Assembly: GCF_033153115.1 (NCBI RefSeq) | Contig: NW_026889765.1 | Span: forward strand, 24,304,001 to 24,368,000 | Direction of reading: 5' to 3' | Origin: Saccostrea echinata | Taxonomy: Eukaryota | Length of the DNA stretch: 64,000 nt | Shown here: positions 25,765 to 38,965 of the stretch, piece by piece | Layout: each line of letters starts with the position of its first letter | Numbering within the stretch: position 1 is the stretch's first letter | Notes under the pieces: model-generated | Databases searched by the model: none | Seen by the model: only the letters and a program-made list of their open reading frames with translations | Told to the model about the DNA's origin: nothing | Translations under genes and position numbers: made by a program

Positions 25765-26744
25765 CCACTTATAAATATGTAAAAAAAAAAAAAATGAAAC
25801 CCACAATTTCAACAATATTATATAAAAAATGAGGCTTGAGTTCAAGTCTTAAAGAAAGTGTAGGACTTCTTGCTAATGTCAATTGTTGAACATCGGTATA
25901 CATGTATTTCTGTGTAAAGCTTAATTTGAACCCTTTTACGGTATAACTTCCCCTTCATCCCCATTCCCAACCCTTACTTTTCAATTTACACTGCATGGTG
26001 GTGGGTGATGTTTGCATCGATCTTTTAAACATATGAAATAAAAGATTTCAAAGCTAACATATCAACTGTGCGCGGATCCGGGATTTTTTTCCGGGAAGGT
26101 GGGGGGGGGGGGGGGGAGCAAACTCAAAAAATATGACACGGAAATTGTTAATAAGAAAAAGAGAGCAATTTTTTTTTTTAATCTGCCCGAAACAGGGAAA
26201 ACCTATTTCGTTTGAGTGTGTGTGTGTATATACATGCGTGTATGGGGGGGGGGGGGTGTCGATTTTTCTCAAGCTAATTTAATTCTTCTGATACACGACT
26301 CCCCTTACCATTTCACAATGTGTCCATGTGTTTCCCCGTGGTGGAGTGGGGGTACCAAGGTAACATTTTTTCGTGTATAACATATAATCTAGTGGTAAGG
26401 AAAAGTTTTCTGGTATAGTCTGTGGATGCAACATCAAGTTTGATAAATAAAGGAACCCTTGTCCTACAACGGAAACCTTCACTATATTCAATGCATCTGG
26501 AAATGTAGATCTGATCAAGCTTTCGAAGCAAGTACTGGTAGTGTTCAAACACATCCCTAGATGCACCATCCATGCAAATTTTGTCATCATAGGGCTTACA
26601 TTTAGTTACTCGGAAATGGATCTGCATGCTTCAAATACTTTAACCCGCGGGTCACTCATCCATGCATGCAGGTCACGTCCAACATCCGAAACAAGTCTGG
26701 TAGAGTGCGTCACAAGATGCAAATCATACATGCATATTCTCTCA

Positions 26745-27550
26745 CAAAAGCACATTCTACTTACGAACAACTTCTAAAACGAGACAGGCTTTTGACAAAT
26801 AAGTTGATGATACAAGGATACCAACAGCCAACATTTCGCAAATTCATGGTGGATATGATGAAATTGTTTAAATAAAATCTGTCGTTAGGTCAAATATTGA
26901 CTAGGCCTAATGTCTTTTATACAAAATGTTGGGCCGTTTGTTTCAAACTGAATTTTCTACGGATTTTTGTTTACCCGATCATGACAAGAAGCACAAGGCG
27001 AATGTAACCGGTCAACACGAATGCTTACTACTGGTCACGGTAGCCTAGTGGTAGGGCGTTCGCTTCCTGATGGGGAGGCCGGGGTTCGATTCTCGTTCGC
27101 CACGCCGCGTCAAACCTAAGATGTAAACATAGGTAGTGACTGTTCCTTCGCCAAGCGCCCGGCATTAGAAGTGAAAGTCACGGGTCTTTCGGATGAGACC
27201 TTAAAAACCGAGGTCCCATGTCACAGTAGGCGTTGGCACGATAAAGAACCCTGATTGCTCAATGTCCAGGGATGAGTTCCGAGTATAGGTCTAAAGAAGC
27301 CCTTCATCGGTATATGGTGACGTCTCTATATGAGTGAAAAATTCTCGAATGTGACGTTAAACAACATGCAATCAACGAATGTGACGTTAAACAGCATGCA
27401 ATCAATCAGTCAACGAATGCTTACTCCTCCAAGGCACCTCATTCCACCTCTGTTTTCAGAGGTGGCTCTGTGTTGACTCTGCTCACAATTTGTATTGTTT
27501 AAATGGACTTTTGAGCATGATCGGTGTTCGTTATCTTCACATTTCATTAA
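26745..27550 (+). mobile_element. Penelope-like retroelement 3' remnant, interrupted by a SINE
   Basis: AHSTYEQLLKRDRLLTNKLMIQGYQQPTFRKF resembles the post-RT helical region of Penelope-like elements. The 3' part reads CCGGTCAAC..ATGCTTACTCCTCC.AGGCACCT..CCACCTCTG once the SINE is removed. Confidence 0.55.
27030..27412 (+). mobile_element. tRNA-derived SINE with Meta + Deu/Nin-type domains
   Basis: A box TAGCCTAGTGG, B box GGTTCGATTC, Meta-like AGGTAGTGACTG..GCCAAGCGCCCGGCATTA and Deu-like CGGATGAGACC..AAACCGAGG. 13-bp TSD ACGAATGCTTACT at 27017-27029 and 27413-27425. Confidence 0.9.
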
Positions 27551-29968
27551 GAATTTATCAAAATAGGCCAACGACTAAAAATATATGTGGAAGGCACTGG
27601 AATCCATGGTACTTAATTCCAAAGCATGACTGTTCTCATTAAGGCTTTTATTCGTGCAAATGGAAAGGGGGGGGGGGGTTACTACATAAGTACTACAAAG
27701 TAAAATATTATTCATGAATATAAAAAATATAAAATATTTGCAACATTTATCATGATAGTACTTGAAAAGACAAGAAATATAAAAAAAACAAAAAACAAAA
27801 CAAAACAAAACAAATCAAACAAACAAACAAAAAAAAAACCCAGAGAGACAGATTGACAGTTAGACAAACAAACATCTATAGTCAGAAAAGGTCGTTTGAA
27901 TTGTTCAGGGCTCTGTTGAGTCTAAAGATTCTATAAAAAAGATTCTATAAATCTAAATATTAAAAAAAAAAAGTAGGTCGGAGGTATGGAACTATGACAT
28001 ACAATTCATAGTGTTTTGTTGACATTTTTTTGTAATAAGCAAAATTTTGTGGGGTGTGTGGGGGTGTGTGTGTGTGGGGGGGGGGGGGGGGGAGAGAGGC
28101 AATTTTGAACATTTATAAATAAATTACGGGAAAACATGTTATTAAAGTCATGTATATCTACTTTCTTTAGACTTTTTATACATGGACGCGGAACATTGAT
28201 TCATCCCTGTGCATAATGGTAATACCGTTTACGGCAATATACGGAAATGGTTACAGAAATACATTGAATTTTTTCCCCAATCTCTTTTTTCGCACTTCAA
28301 GGGCATATACAAGAATTTTGATTTATATAGGGTGTTCATTTCGAGTCAGAAAACTTTCCTCCTTATTATAAAACATTCTGACTATCATAACAAAACTATT
28401 TCATAGGGTAAGTAGCCATCAATGAAATACCTACATTTTTAAAGTGAATGTCTACTTTTCTTAAAGATTTTAAGACATGAAATCAAAACAATGCCTGAGC
28501 ATGGTAACACAGGTTTACATGAATACATCTGAAACTTCAAACTTAATTTTACAAGGAGTGCCTCTTTGTACTTGTTCTAAATTAAACTGTATATTTCCTC
28601 ATATAAAACTGAAAGAAAAAAAAACTACAGCATCCATATTTTTTCTATGACTGGATTCACTCCAGGATCTGTTTATTTCCCTCGCCATGACAAAGCCCAT
28701 CCCCTCCACCCCAACCAATTACTTGGAAATTTCTTATCAATTTTCCTAAGTGTCATGTGAACACAAAGCTACAGTAATCAGACAGTTTAGTCATAATCTT
28801 CTCTCATCAGCTTTGGTGGGTATAACAAATAAACATTCTGGTGTACTAAAAAAAAAAAATGAAACTTTGATCTTGACCTTTTGACTCAAATTCGAATGGG
28901 AAAGTTCCTTCTCTGTAGCAGAAATGGTCTCAGGTACTCTATTGTGGTATCTACAACATTGGTAATTTGGTCCTTGACCTTTTCATCCTCAAATGAATTT
29001 GATTGTACTTCCTGTATTGAAAAGTAAATAACCATACAGTAATCCACCTGTGTCCACCTTTTGTTGCAAGTGCAAGCAAACACAAGTTACAATAAATATC
29101 CCTTGCAACTGTTGCAAGGGAAAAAATAAGCCTCTGTAAAATTTTGTGAACAAACTTATCTACCAAGTACTGTATTTAATTACTGACACAACACAATTGA
29201 TAATATTTGATGGTAATTTTAATTAGAATGATATCTGTTCAAATGAACATCAATGGAACATCTTCAATTCTGAGATCAATTTCTTCAAAACGTGAATCAT
29301 TGTCTCAAATATTTTTTGCTGGAAAGGGTAATATTCTGTCTGTTGATAAACTGGAATCTCAATTAAATATTTTTTTTACGTGACGTTCCTAAATATTTAT
29401 CTATGCTAGAAAAAATTCCCAACCTGGGATCATAAACAACTTTTCCTTCAATTGAAATTTCTGTTGTAAAAATTACATTTGCATAGTTTTACAGTTTGTA
29501 CATGTAAATAACCATAACATTTCCATTTGTATCTAAAATTTTAAAATGGATTATCTAACATGTGAGGAATAATCTTTTGCAAAGAACTTTTTCATAATTA
29601 TACATGTATTTCCATTTTCAAAAATCACTACAAAATTGGTGATTATAAAAGGAAACAAGTTTTTTAATGGTACAAGTAAAACATTATGCATATACTGTAC
29701 ATGTATTTCAGTAAAAAAAAATTTACATGTAGTATAAAAATTTTTTTAAAAATTCCTTCACATTGGAGCTTTAATAACAGAGAAGTTTCATTTCATAACT
29801 TCTTGCAATTTCCTTTATTCATGTACACCTGAGTTTTTTAACAGACTAGGATAAAATTCTCTATTACATAAAAGATAAAACCTTAGATACTACAATGTAT
29901 CCCCATACATTAAAACTGTTGACATTTAAAGGTGATGCTGCCATTTTCAATAATTTTTCTCCATGAAG

Positions 29969-32900
29969 TCAAGATGAAAAGAAATCTGCTGAGACAATCA
30001 TATCACATGCACTAGTATAATCTAAAATGTCCTTGGAAAAGTTCCTGAAGTTCCTCAGTAGGGTCTGGTCCTTCTTTGTGTTACGTTTGTAGCGTTTTCC
30101 CCTGATAAGTTTATCTGCTAAGTAATGTAGCCAGAACACATTGGTCTGGGCATGAAATGCCTTCCAGTCATTTCTGAAAAAAGATTGAAGTAGAAATGGT
30201 GTGTTTTCAGACATGATTCTATGAGGATGGGAGAAATAAACAAAAGGGGCATTTAAGAGCCCTCCCTGAAAATATTCCCATATTTCATATTTGCAGATTT
30301 GCACGAGTCAAGTAGTTGAAAATTTGAAGTAAATCAATAAAATATACAAGTGAGGAAAAAAAATAGATGTAAGACTTATATTTAAAGAACTTAAACTTAA
30401 GACAATTTAACTTACTTGTTAAGCTCCCTCATTTTCCTGTAAATATCAAATTGATAATCTCCTGTTCCTTCAAATAGGCTCTCATCCGTGGAGAGATCAG
30501 TGTAGATAGTGCAGCCATCTAAATTTAAAAAAAAATTATCAATTTACACAACAGGTTCAATGTTAATATTTTTTGGTTTGCACAAGAGTTTTCCCCCTCC
30601 CATTCCACGGAGAGCAAGAGTTTTTTAAAGTGAAAGCATTCGCAAATCTATTTCCTTTACACCATGTCATATAGACATACACGTATATAAAAGCTAACAA
30701 AAAGCACTTACCCAAGAACATGTAATCATACAAAATTAGCACACTCAATACATAGCAGCAATAAATTAGCGTAATAATAATTGACCACATTTGGAGATTT
30801 CTTATATATGCATTTGTTTGAAAAATGTATGATGAATTGCAGACAAGAAGCAGAGAGAAAGGTTCTTAAATATGAATACCTCTTAATTTGGTACATTTAC
30901 AGTAACTTGACACCTGTAAATCACCTCACCTTTATCAAGCCTAGACAAGGTAAAATCTATAATGCTGACATGGACTCCATGTGATTCCACTTGGAATGTC
31001 TGTCCAAGCACAACGTACTCATGAACTTTGACCCCTGTTTTCTTGACCAATACATTTCCCCAGTGAAGATCTCTATGTTCAAACTGGAGAGCCTCCTCAG
31101 CGACTGCCAGGGAAAACATCACTTGTTCAAACACACTCTTGGCCTCAAAGATATTGTTGAACTAAAGAAGAAAATAACGAGACATATTCTAGACAAATAA
31201 ATTAAAAATGCAGGGGTTTAAAGGACAGTTGTCCAAGGTCTAGGACCTAAAGTTTATGGGGTGGACTGGCTAATTATCACCCTCATATAGTCTGTCGGGC
31301 TAGTGGTATTAAGCATAAAAAAAACATTTGAATAGTACATGTATAAAAATAAAAGCATTTCTGATGGAAATGTGTTCTTTTTATTTCTTATTAGTTGGTT
31401 CAGAAAGTGCACTTTAAACACTACCTTACTCTAAGAGTACAAGTCACATCACGATTGCAAGATTACAATTAGTGTAATACAAATATGAAACATGTTTAAA
31501 GCATCAGTTTGATTACCTCAGATTGTCAGCATGATACAGAAGTCATACACATTGAAAAAAAAATATTTGTTGCCAAATATATGGCTTCCTTTGGATATTT
31601 TACTCAGCATGATCTAGTCTTTCACTAAAAGTCAATTCATAATGAAATTTTTGTTTTTATTTGAAAAGTTTATAAAATATTTCCATGTACCTGAGCAGCT
31701 TCTAGGTCCTTCCCTCCATCAGCAAACTCAAACATAATAAATAACTGATCTTCCTTAAACATATCTGTAATAAGAAACATACACCCATAATAACATTTTA
31801 TAAAAGTGATTCAAACTCCCTAAGCATGCTAAGACTTATATGTTTAATAATACAACATGAGCCAGTGTAATTTTCTATCACTATCCATGTTGAGAAAATC
31901 TGCATCAACTTCAATGGTTTTGCATTCATCGATGTCAAAATATTTCTCAAAAATTTGTCTAAATAGTCAAGCTCAATTTACATATTTCTCTAATAGTCTT
32001 TTAATTTTGTACTATGTTTAATCTATGCACATGTACATGTCTTACTAATCATGCAATGTTAACCTCTACACAATATTTTTCTTATTAGTATTATTTGGCC
32101 CTGTTGGATAATTCAGCCCAAACAAGATATGTAAAATATTCAGAAAGCTATCCTTGGACTAGAAGCTTTATAACAAAAGCTGCAATATCAGTTTAATTAT
32201 TAACTTATGAATTCTTTGAACAAAAAAGTATTGGAACTTTAAGCTCTCTGACCATGCTTGAAAAAAGAGCAAATACCAGAATGCTATGTAGGTCTCTATA
32301 TCAAATTAAATTAAAGCCATGAACTGACAGGCAAAATAGAAAAAAAATTTAAGCCATGATCAACTTTGTTCAGGCTAATATGTTGCTTGAATTATTATAA
32401 TATCTTACCTTATTCGAGTAAGTAAAATTGAAATTATGGTTCTCAGACCAATTTTCTTAAAAACAGATTAGGGAGGCATATTTTTTCCCATTTTTATCCG
32501 CGATAAACTATATATGAGAAGCAATTTTTTTTTCCAGAATTTTCTATAAAATTACAATGAAAATTCCTCCTATATAATAATACAGGAGTCATTCTGTAAA
32601 TATATTAAAGATCTCACAAAAATACGAAATACATGAATATGCATATTTTTCAAAATTTCAATATTTTTCATGGAAAAAGTGTCTATGTCTGATAATGTAA
32701 ATATCCATTCTTATTCTAAATGGCTACTGGAAACAAAAATTGCGTGCAACACTACAAGGAAATGAGGGTGGAATTTTTTTCCTTCGATAAGTCTCCATAT
32801 TAACTTTTTATTTTGTTGAAAATATGAAAAAATTGCAATGTGACTACCTCAAAACAGAGGCCCAAGAACCATAATTTTAATTTTATTTAGGCTTATCATT

Positions 32901-35900
32901 TTACCTGGATTATCATTTTCTGAACCCTTTTCATCATGAAATGTATTCCATTCACTTAAAAGCTTAGATGGATATCTTCCTTTTACACACGAAACCCTGA
33001 AATAAAAAAAAGTTATAAAACCCATTTTTTTACTTAAGAGAGCTATAAGCAGAAAAATGGATAAGTTGTAGTGTTTGTATTAAATTTCCTTTAATACATT
33101 GACCTTTATACATGTAATGTTGATTTACTTAATTTCTTTCAGAAACACAGACTGAAGAAACTTCATGTACTTGTGCATTTACAATGATCAATTTGTGTTA
33201 CATTTTAGAAAAAAAACATTACCTACACAACAAAGCCCCAAAACACGTATAATTATTATATTGAATAAAACATGCAAATTACCTTTGGACTTCACAAAAG
33301 TTCTGTGTGTAGCACATATCATTCTCTCTTAGCAAACTCAATTCTCTGAAGAAAAAAAAATATTCAAACATTTTACAATTATAATATGTTTATACATCTT
33401 TATAGCTCATCATTTCTTGCAAATTTTTATACACTGCAAGATAAGAATTGCTTGGAATTTTATTTAAATAGCCAATTATCAAATCTAAAAGAGATCATAC
33501 ATACACAGAAATAACAATTTCTGGTAAAATCTCATCAAATGATTTCTGTTTCTCATCGTTGACCTCAAAATCCCCCTCAACTGGAATAATCTGGACAAAA
33601 CAATTTCACATTTCATATGATGATAAATCCACATAATGATCCCAGGAATATAATCTAATTAATTTTCTTATTTTACTTGACCACAAATTTTTTTCTTACA
33701 TAGATAATAATATTTATATTATAGATTCAACGATGACATCAATTCAATATTAAATTAAACAGTACACTTTTAAGGAACAGTCAGTAAATTTCTAAAAAGC
33801 AGTCTTGACTATCATATATATATATATATACATGTACATTTACTATATATAATATTACGAGCTATAGATTTTGTTTTGAACATGCTCAGCTAACCTTTAG
33901 GGCTACAGAGTTATTTCCCCTTTTTGTCCGGAAAACCTCTCCATATACGCCCTCCCCAACCTTTTTGCACTGCCTCATCATACTAGAATAAAAAAAAAAT
34001 TTCCTTGTTTCCAAATAAAGAATAGGAAAAAGATATGAAATTTAAATGGGTAAGTGGACATGTGAAATTAGAATACAATTTATTTTTTAAGACCAAAAAT
34101 AATTATATAGATATAAAATGCTTCTATCACTGAACAATTACTTATCACAAAATATTTTTGAGGGAGAAAGAGAAAAAAATTGATATTCCCTCATACTCAC
34201 GTGCTACTTATACAGGATTGAAATGTTTCTATATCCTTCTGTTGGCACACTTCCAAAACTCTGGAGCAGGGAGAGGTTGGGGTTAGACTCTTTTTCCTCT
34301 GTGGGGTCAAGATATCCTGGAAATATATTTAATTTGACTTGAATTATATGTAGGATATCATCCTATGAATATGCTAAACTTGAAATGAATATATACATGT
34401 ATGTAAAAAGATGAACAACATATCAATTCTGAGAATTGATGATTTTTCACATACCTGTCTACTTAAAACAATTGTATAAATCAGTATTTTTTTTACCAAT
34501 TTGTCCATAAGATTTGACTTTTCTACTTTCAATGCTTTTGCAGAAAATATAAGTAATTACACCATGTCACATAAAATGGAAACAAATCAATGTTCAGACT
34601 AAACATGCTGAATGTATTTACTGCATTAAACTCACAAAGTGGGATCTATTGAGCAGACTCCTGTTGACTGACATGTCAGGACCACCCTCATTAATTGACA
34701 TATCAGGATCTTCTCCACTGACTGGCACATCAGAACCTCCACTGGAAGAGAGAGATAAGTGAGCAGTGAAGAAATTGTCATCTCCAGAACTGGCCAGCAT
34801 GAACTTCGTTACGTTCCTCTCATCCTCCCCTTCATCCTCCTGCTCCTCCTCTTCGCTGTTTTCCGTACTTTCTTCATCATTATCTTCTTCACTAATCTTA
34901 CTTAAATTCTCATCAGAATTTTCTTCTGTATCCTCTTCTTCTTCCTCCGAATCATTGTCACTTTCATCATCTTCTAAAGATTCTGAACCCTCTAATTTAG
35001 ATTCTGCAGTCACACATTTTAAAGAATTTTTCTCGTCAAAGCTACTAAATAGACTGTCTGAATGATTAAAATTTGACTGTTTTGAGGTCCGATGAGACAC
35101 ATGCATGGACAGAAAACTCTGTCTTAATTTCTCAAGTTGTACTATGCATGGGTTAACGGGACTTTCATTCTTGGAATTCTTTAACGCTGATTTACTGGTA
35201 TTGCTGGAATCCGATATATTACATGATGGCACATTTGAAACACGGTCATGAGCATAAGAGCTTTGTTCCATATGAACAGATGGTGATGATGGCACATCTT
35301 CATCGACATGGTCAATAATTGATAAATTATTGATGTCGTTTGCTGAACATGTCCGCTTGGCACAAGGGGTACTAGTTTCTATTTTACTTTTACTTCGTAA
35401 ATAACGTGGGGAAAATATTCCACCATTCTTGAGCTGACTGTTATTCTGAGCGGGGGACCCTGAGATCACAAGACTATAGTCATCAAACTCGCTGAAGTTT
35501 GTCACAGAGGAAAGAGAGTCTGACTTCTGATTGGTCTGAAGTTCTTCCGTTTTGGGGGCTCGCTTTCGTTTGCCACCGTATTTAGGTTTGTCCTCCACTG
35601 GCTCTTCCTTGTAGTTCCTGTCTTTTAGAGCTCTCCTTGGTCGACGTGATTGGAAAAGGCTGTCACTTCCTGTACTGGAACAGCTATCCTGTGGGTAGAA
35701 GACATTTCAAATCAAACATCTGGATAATTACTCAGTACACATTGGAAGCATCAAAAGAAGATAATGCTATTAGAGAAAATGCCAACCTAGTAATTGAACC
35801 TACAGTTCTACATAAAATGCATAAATTTAATATACACTATAACATAAAATGCATTTAATAATAACAACATTTGTATGTTTCCTTTTCTCAAGAAACTTTA

Positions 35901-37129
35901 AATGATGGGGAAATTTTCAAAATAATTTCCATATACATGTATCATTGATAAATGTAAACTTTTTGAAGTGATTTAAAAAAAAAGAGAAACATCACTTTTT
36001 GTTGATATAAAATAGGTCCTTAGCAATACATTGTAGTTTGCTTACCCCTTCAGAGCCAAGCTTTTTCTGGAGCAGCCTCTTGTTAGTCATACGTCCTGCA
36101 TTCTCTTTGTTATAACCTCTCAAGCTTTTCTTTGTGCTACAAATTGTAACTTGATAATTTAAAGCTGTTACTTGATATGTTAAATTTCTTATGATCATTG
36201 TTCATGTAGAACTTTACTTTTTTAAAATTAAATTTCAAAACCAGAAAATCCAGGTTTGCGGTTAAAATTTTTATTTAAGAAGTGTCTCCAAATATACCAC
36301 TTCACATGTAGAATTGCCTTGCATGGCTAATATTAAAGATAAAATATGTAAATGAAAATCAAATTATAAATTTTAAGGATTTTCTATACACCAATGAAAA
36401 TATATTTTGGACATTGAGAAAATCAAAGAGTTCAAAGGTGTAAATACTGATTTCTTTTTCCCTTCATATTCAACATAGGAAACTGCCATTTACTCCCATG
36501 AATAGTGTTTAATGACAAAAAAGTATTGATGAATAAAAATCTTTGTTGCTTACGTAAATTGGGAAAATACTTACAAGAGAAGGTCTGCTTTAATTTATCT
36601 TGACCATATTTTTGTTAAAAAAATCTTGAATTGATTACAAATAGGATAACACAATGTAAATAAATTTTAATTTTTTTTTAATCATGTTAACTTTGGATCT
36701 AAGCACAGATCACTCTAAGAGCATAAAAATACCACAGAATTAAAACTCTTGTGTGCAGTGAATACTCTAGATAGACATGATAGAGGATTCTACAATAATA
36801 GAATAATAAAAATTGCTCTCACAAGTTTTAGTGTGAAATAGCATGAAAACTGTGAACAATCTAATAATATATTGATGTTATTAATAAAAGCACATGATCA
36901 TTATTCATATACATGTATACCTTCTGGTTATTGGTCCACTAAACAAACTGTCATTTATAGTGTCCTGGTTTGAGAAATCCAGGCTTGATCCATGAGAGCT
37001 GCTACTGCTAAAAACGCCAGCACCCAACTCTGTTTTTTTCTCGTCATCAGAACTCCAAATGTCTGCAGCTATGACCCTTTGTCTGTGTCTGCCATAAGTT
37101 TTTATAGTGTTTCTCTTTGCTCGACTCAT
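29969..37129 (-). CDS. HASPIN: Serine/threonine-protein kinase haspin (histone H3 T3 kinase)
   Basis: 12 GT-AG exons with consistent phase: 37129-36921, 36136-36046, 35688-34636, 34316-34201, 33982-33895, 33590-33505, 33345-33283, 32996-32905, 31764-31691, 31161-30930, 30518-30416, 30173-29969. Motifs KVGEGVYGEVF, VALKIIPVEG, ILPEIVIS, FEHRDLHWGNVL, IIDFTLSRL, GDYQFDIYRKMR, TNVFWLHYL. Long acidic N-terminal region. Confidence 0.95.
32410..32895. mobile_element. MITE in haspin intron
   Basis: AAAATTGAAATTATGGTTCT (~32424) mirrored by AGAACCATAATTTTAATTTT (~32865). Confidence 0.55.
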
Positions 37130-37384
37130 TTTGCCTAAAATTATGAAAAAAATTTCACCATATCCTCAACACAAGGCTGGAAAAACAGGTAACAGTAGGT
37201 ATAGTCTGCAGTGAGGTTCAGGGTGCATTTTTCTCATTTAGATTTATTTCTCTTCATTTTAATACATCTTATAAGGTACCAAGAATGCAAGGCATTCTAA
37301 ATTTATTTACGGTAGACTTAACCTGTTCCCAGATCCATAAGATCTGTCCGCTCATTGCACTATCACCTAAGATTTACATCATTC

Positions 37385-37620
37385 AACTGATAAGAGTTAG
37401 TCTTGCACACCACTTGACTAATTAGGGTTAGTTTTGCACCCACCTAAGAGATCTGGGTTAGTTCTTGCACAAGTATTTGACTGATTAGGGTTAGTCTTGC
37501 ACCCATCCAAGAGATTGGGGTTAGTCCTTGCACACTATCTGACTGATTAGGGTTAGTCTAGCATCAGCCCGAAAGATTTGGGTAAGTCCTCACATACAAC
37601 CCCCGAGATTAGGATTAGTG
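37385..37620. repeat. ~62-bp minisatellite (two ~31-bp subunits) containing TTAGGGTTAG
   Basis: Units TGACTGATTAGGGTTAGTCTTGCACCC..AAGAGAT.GGGTTAGT.CTTGCACA, about 3.5 copies, in the intron upstream of the haspin ATG. Confidence 0.75.
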
Positions 37621-38075
37621 TCTTGTTCTTTCAATTATTGAAGAAATTCAGGTGCATCTGTAATTTTTTGCAAAATCTTTCACACCTTCTTGGTTTGTTC
37701 ACATGATAAAATGGTTAAGTATGAAAGAAACGGCACTAAGCAAGTGCTTCATCTGTTCATTGACAATTATTCTTGACAATTTTTCACTGAATAAACCAGA
37801 ACACAGAACAATATTTATTGACATTTTTTTTATGAATGACGTTAAAAACTTTGTTTAAAAACAACCGTAGGCCTACAATTCGATTTTGAAGTCACAAAGG
37901 CCCAAAACCTCATACTAGTCAAAGTCATACTTTTATTTGATTTTGAGCACTCTTATATATCATGTATATATATTGAACTCACATATAGTGACACTTAACG
38001 CTTTATTCTACACCAGTAAGGACATTCTGTATTTACTTTAAGCATGTTAAGGTAGCACCTGAGCCTAAGCTGATT

Positions 38076-38525
38076 TAAACAATAAAATGCTTTCTTTGGT
38101 GTTAGGACAGGAATCCGTGTCTTAGCTGTTGCAGAAAAAATACATAACCCGCGTAAGCGGACTTTTTGAATTTTTTTTCTGCAATAGCTGCGATGTTAAT
38201 TCCCATACTATCAAAGAAAGACATTTTATTGTTTATATTTATATCTTCATAAAAAAAAAACATTCAAAGTAAATTAAATATGTTAAATATTGTATTATAG
38301 ATGTGTATGTTATTGTATGCATAATTGATGGAAAAGCCGTAGCTTAAGGGCTTGCTTAGTGTTGTTTACTGACTGATTAACAGCAATGTTTTTTTTATAA
38401 GAAATAAAGGAAATAATATTCAGTGGATGTAAATATGAGGATAATTAATGTCAGTTGTGGCATTTGAAATTCAACAGTTCAATGACATCGGATCAAAATG
38501 TCGGGTATGGAAATAAAATTATAAA
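38076..38525. mobile_element. Crypton-like non-autonomous element with ~75-bp terminal inverted arms
   Basis: TAAACAATAAAATGCTTTCTTTG..TTGCAGAAAAAA..CCGC-GTAA-GCGG..TTTTTCTGCAA..CAAAGAAAGACATTTTATTGTTTA (38076-38235). The right boundary is approximate. Confidence 0.55.
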
Positions 38526-38859
38526 CAAGAATGAAATAAATACGTCATTTGTATCTCTGATGTTAACCCTCGATGTAACTTACATGGAACACAATCTAAA
38601 TATGCAAAACGTTGGTAAGGAATAAGGCTGCAATCATCTGATCATGTCGATCTGTCAATTTCTTACAACGTGAACGTCACTTTTTCTTTAGCCTATTTAT
38701 CTTTTAAAAACGCTTTTAAATGCATAATGCATGATTGTGAAAACTTCTTTAACGCGTAAAACACACTCCTGTACATCTGTGTGTTAAAAAGCTGAGAAAC
38801 TCAGAAAGGTATGAAATCAAATGACAAATGTTTTCATTTTCATTTTTTCCTTCCTTTCA

Positions 38860-38965
38860 AATCAAAAATGGCGGTGCTATTTGTTACATCATACATGTTT
38901 GCCGATTGGTTGAAAATTATCAACTAAAATCAGATTATGATGATGCACTACGGATTTCCGGGAAA
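38860..38965 (-). promoter_or_regulatory. Candidate haspin promoter
   Basis: YY1-like AAAATGGCGG (~38865), CCAAT box (GATTGG ~38904) and ETS-like TTTCCGG (~38955), upstream of a minus-strand GTAAGT donor at ~38583 that could close a 5' UTR exon. Confidence 0.35.

Larger units (their letters stand above)
24187..25770. mobile_element. Non-autonomous DNA transposon (CAG-terminated), split by a nested element
   Basis: Left end CAGGGGCGTAG, right end CTACGCCACT. GC-rich hairpin block GGGGGCCGCTGAAGGCCCCC..GGGGGCGAAGCCCCC. TSD not resolved. Confidence 0.65.

Noticed and set aside
26880-27550. Hammerhead ribozyme expected near a Penelope-like end
   Set aside because: No CTGA.GA..GAAA core with supporting stems was found by eye. 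An Infernal search would be needed.
34766-35065. Ser-rich 99-aa plus-strand ORF
   Set aside because: Antisense of the haspin acidic tract.
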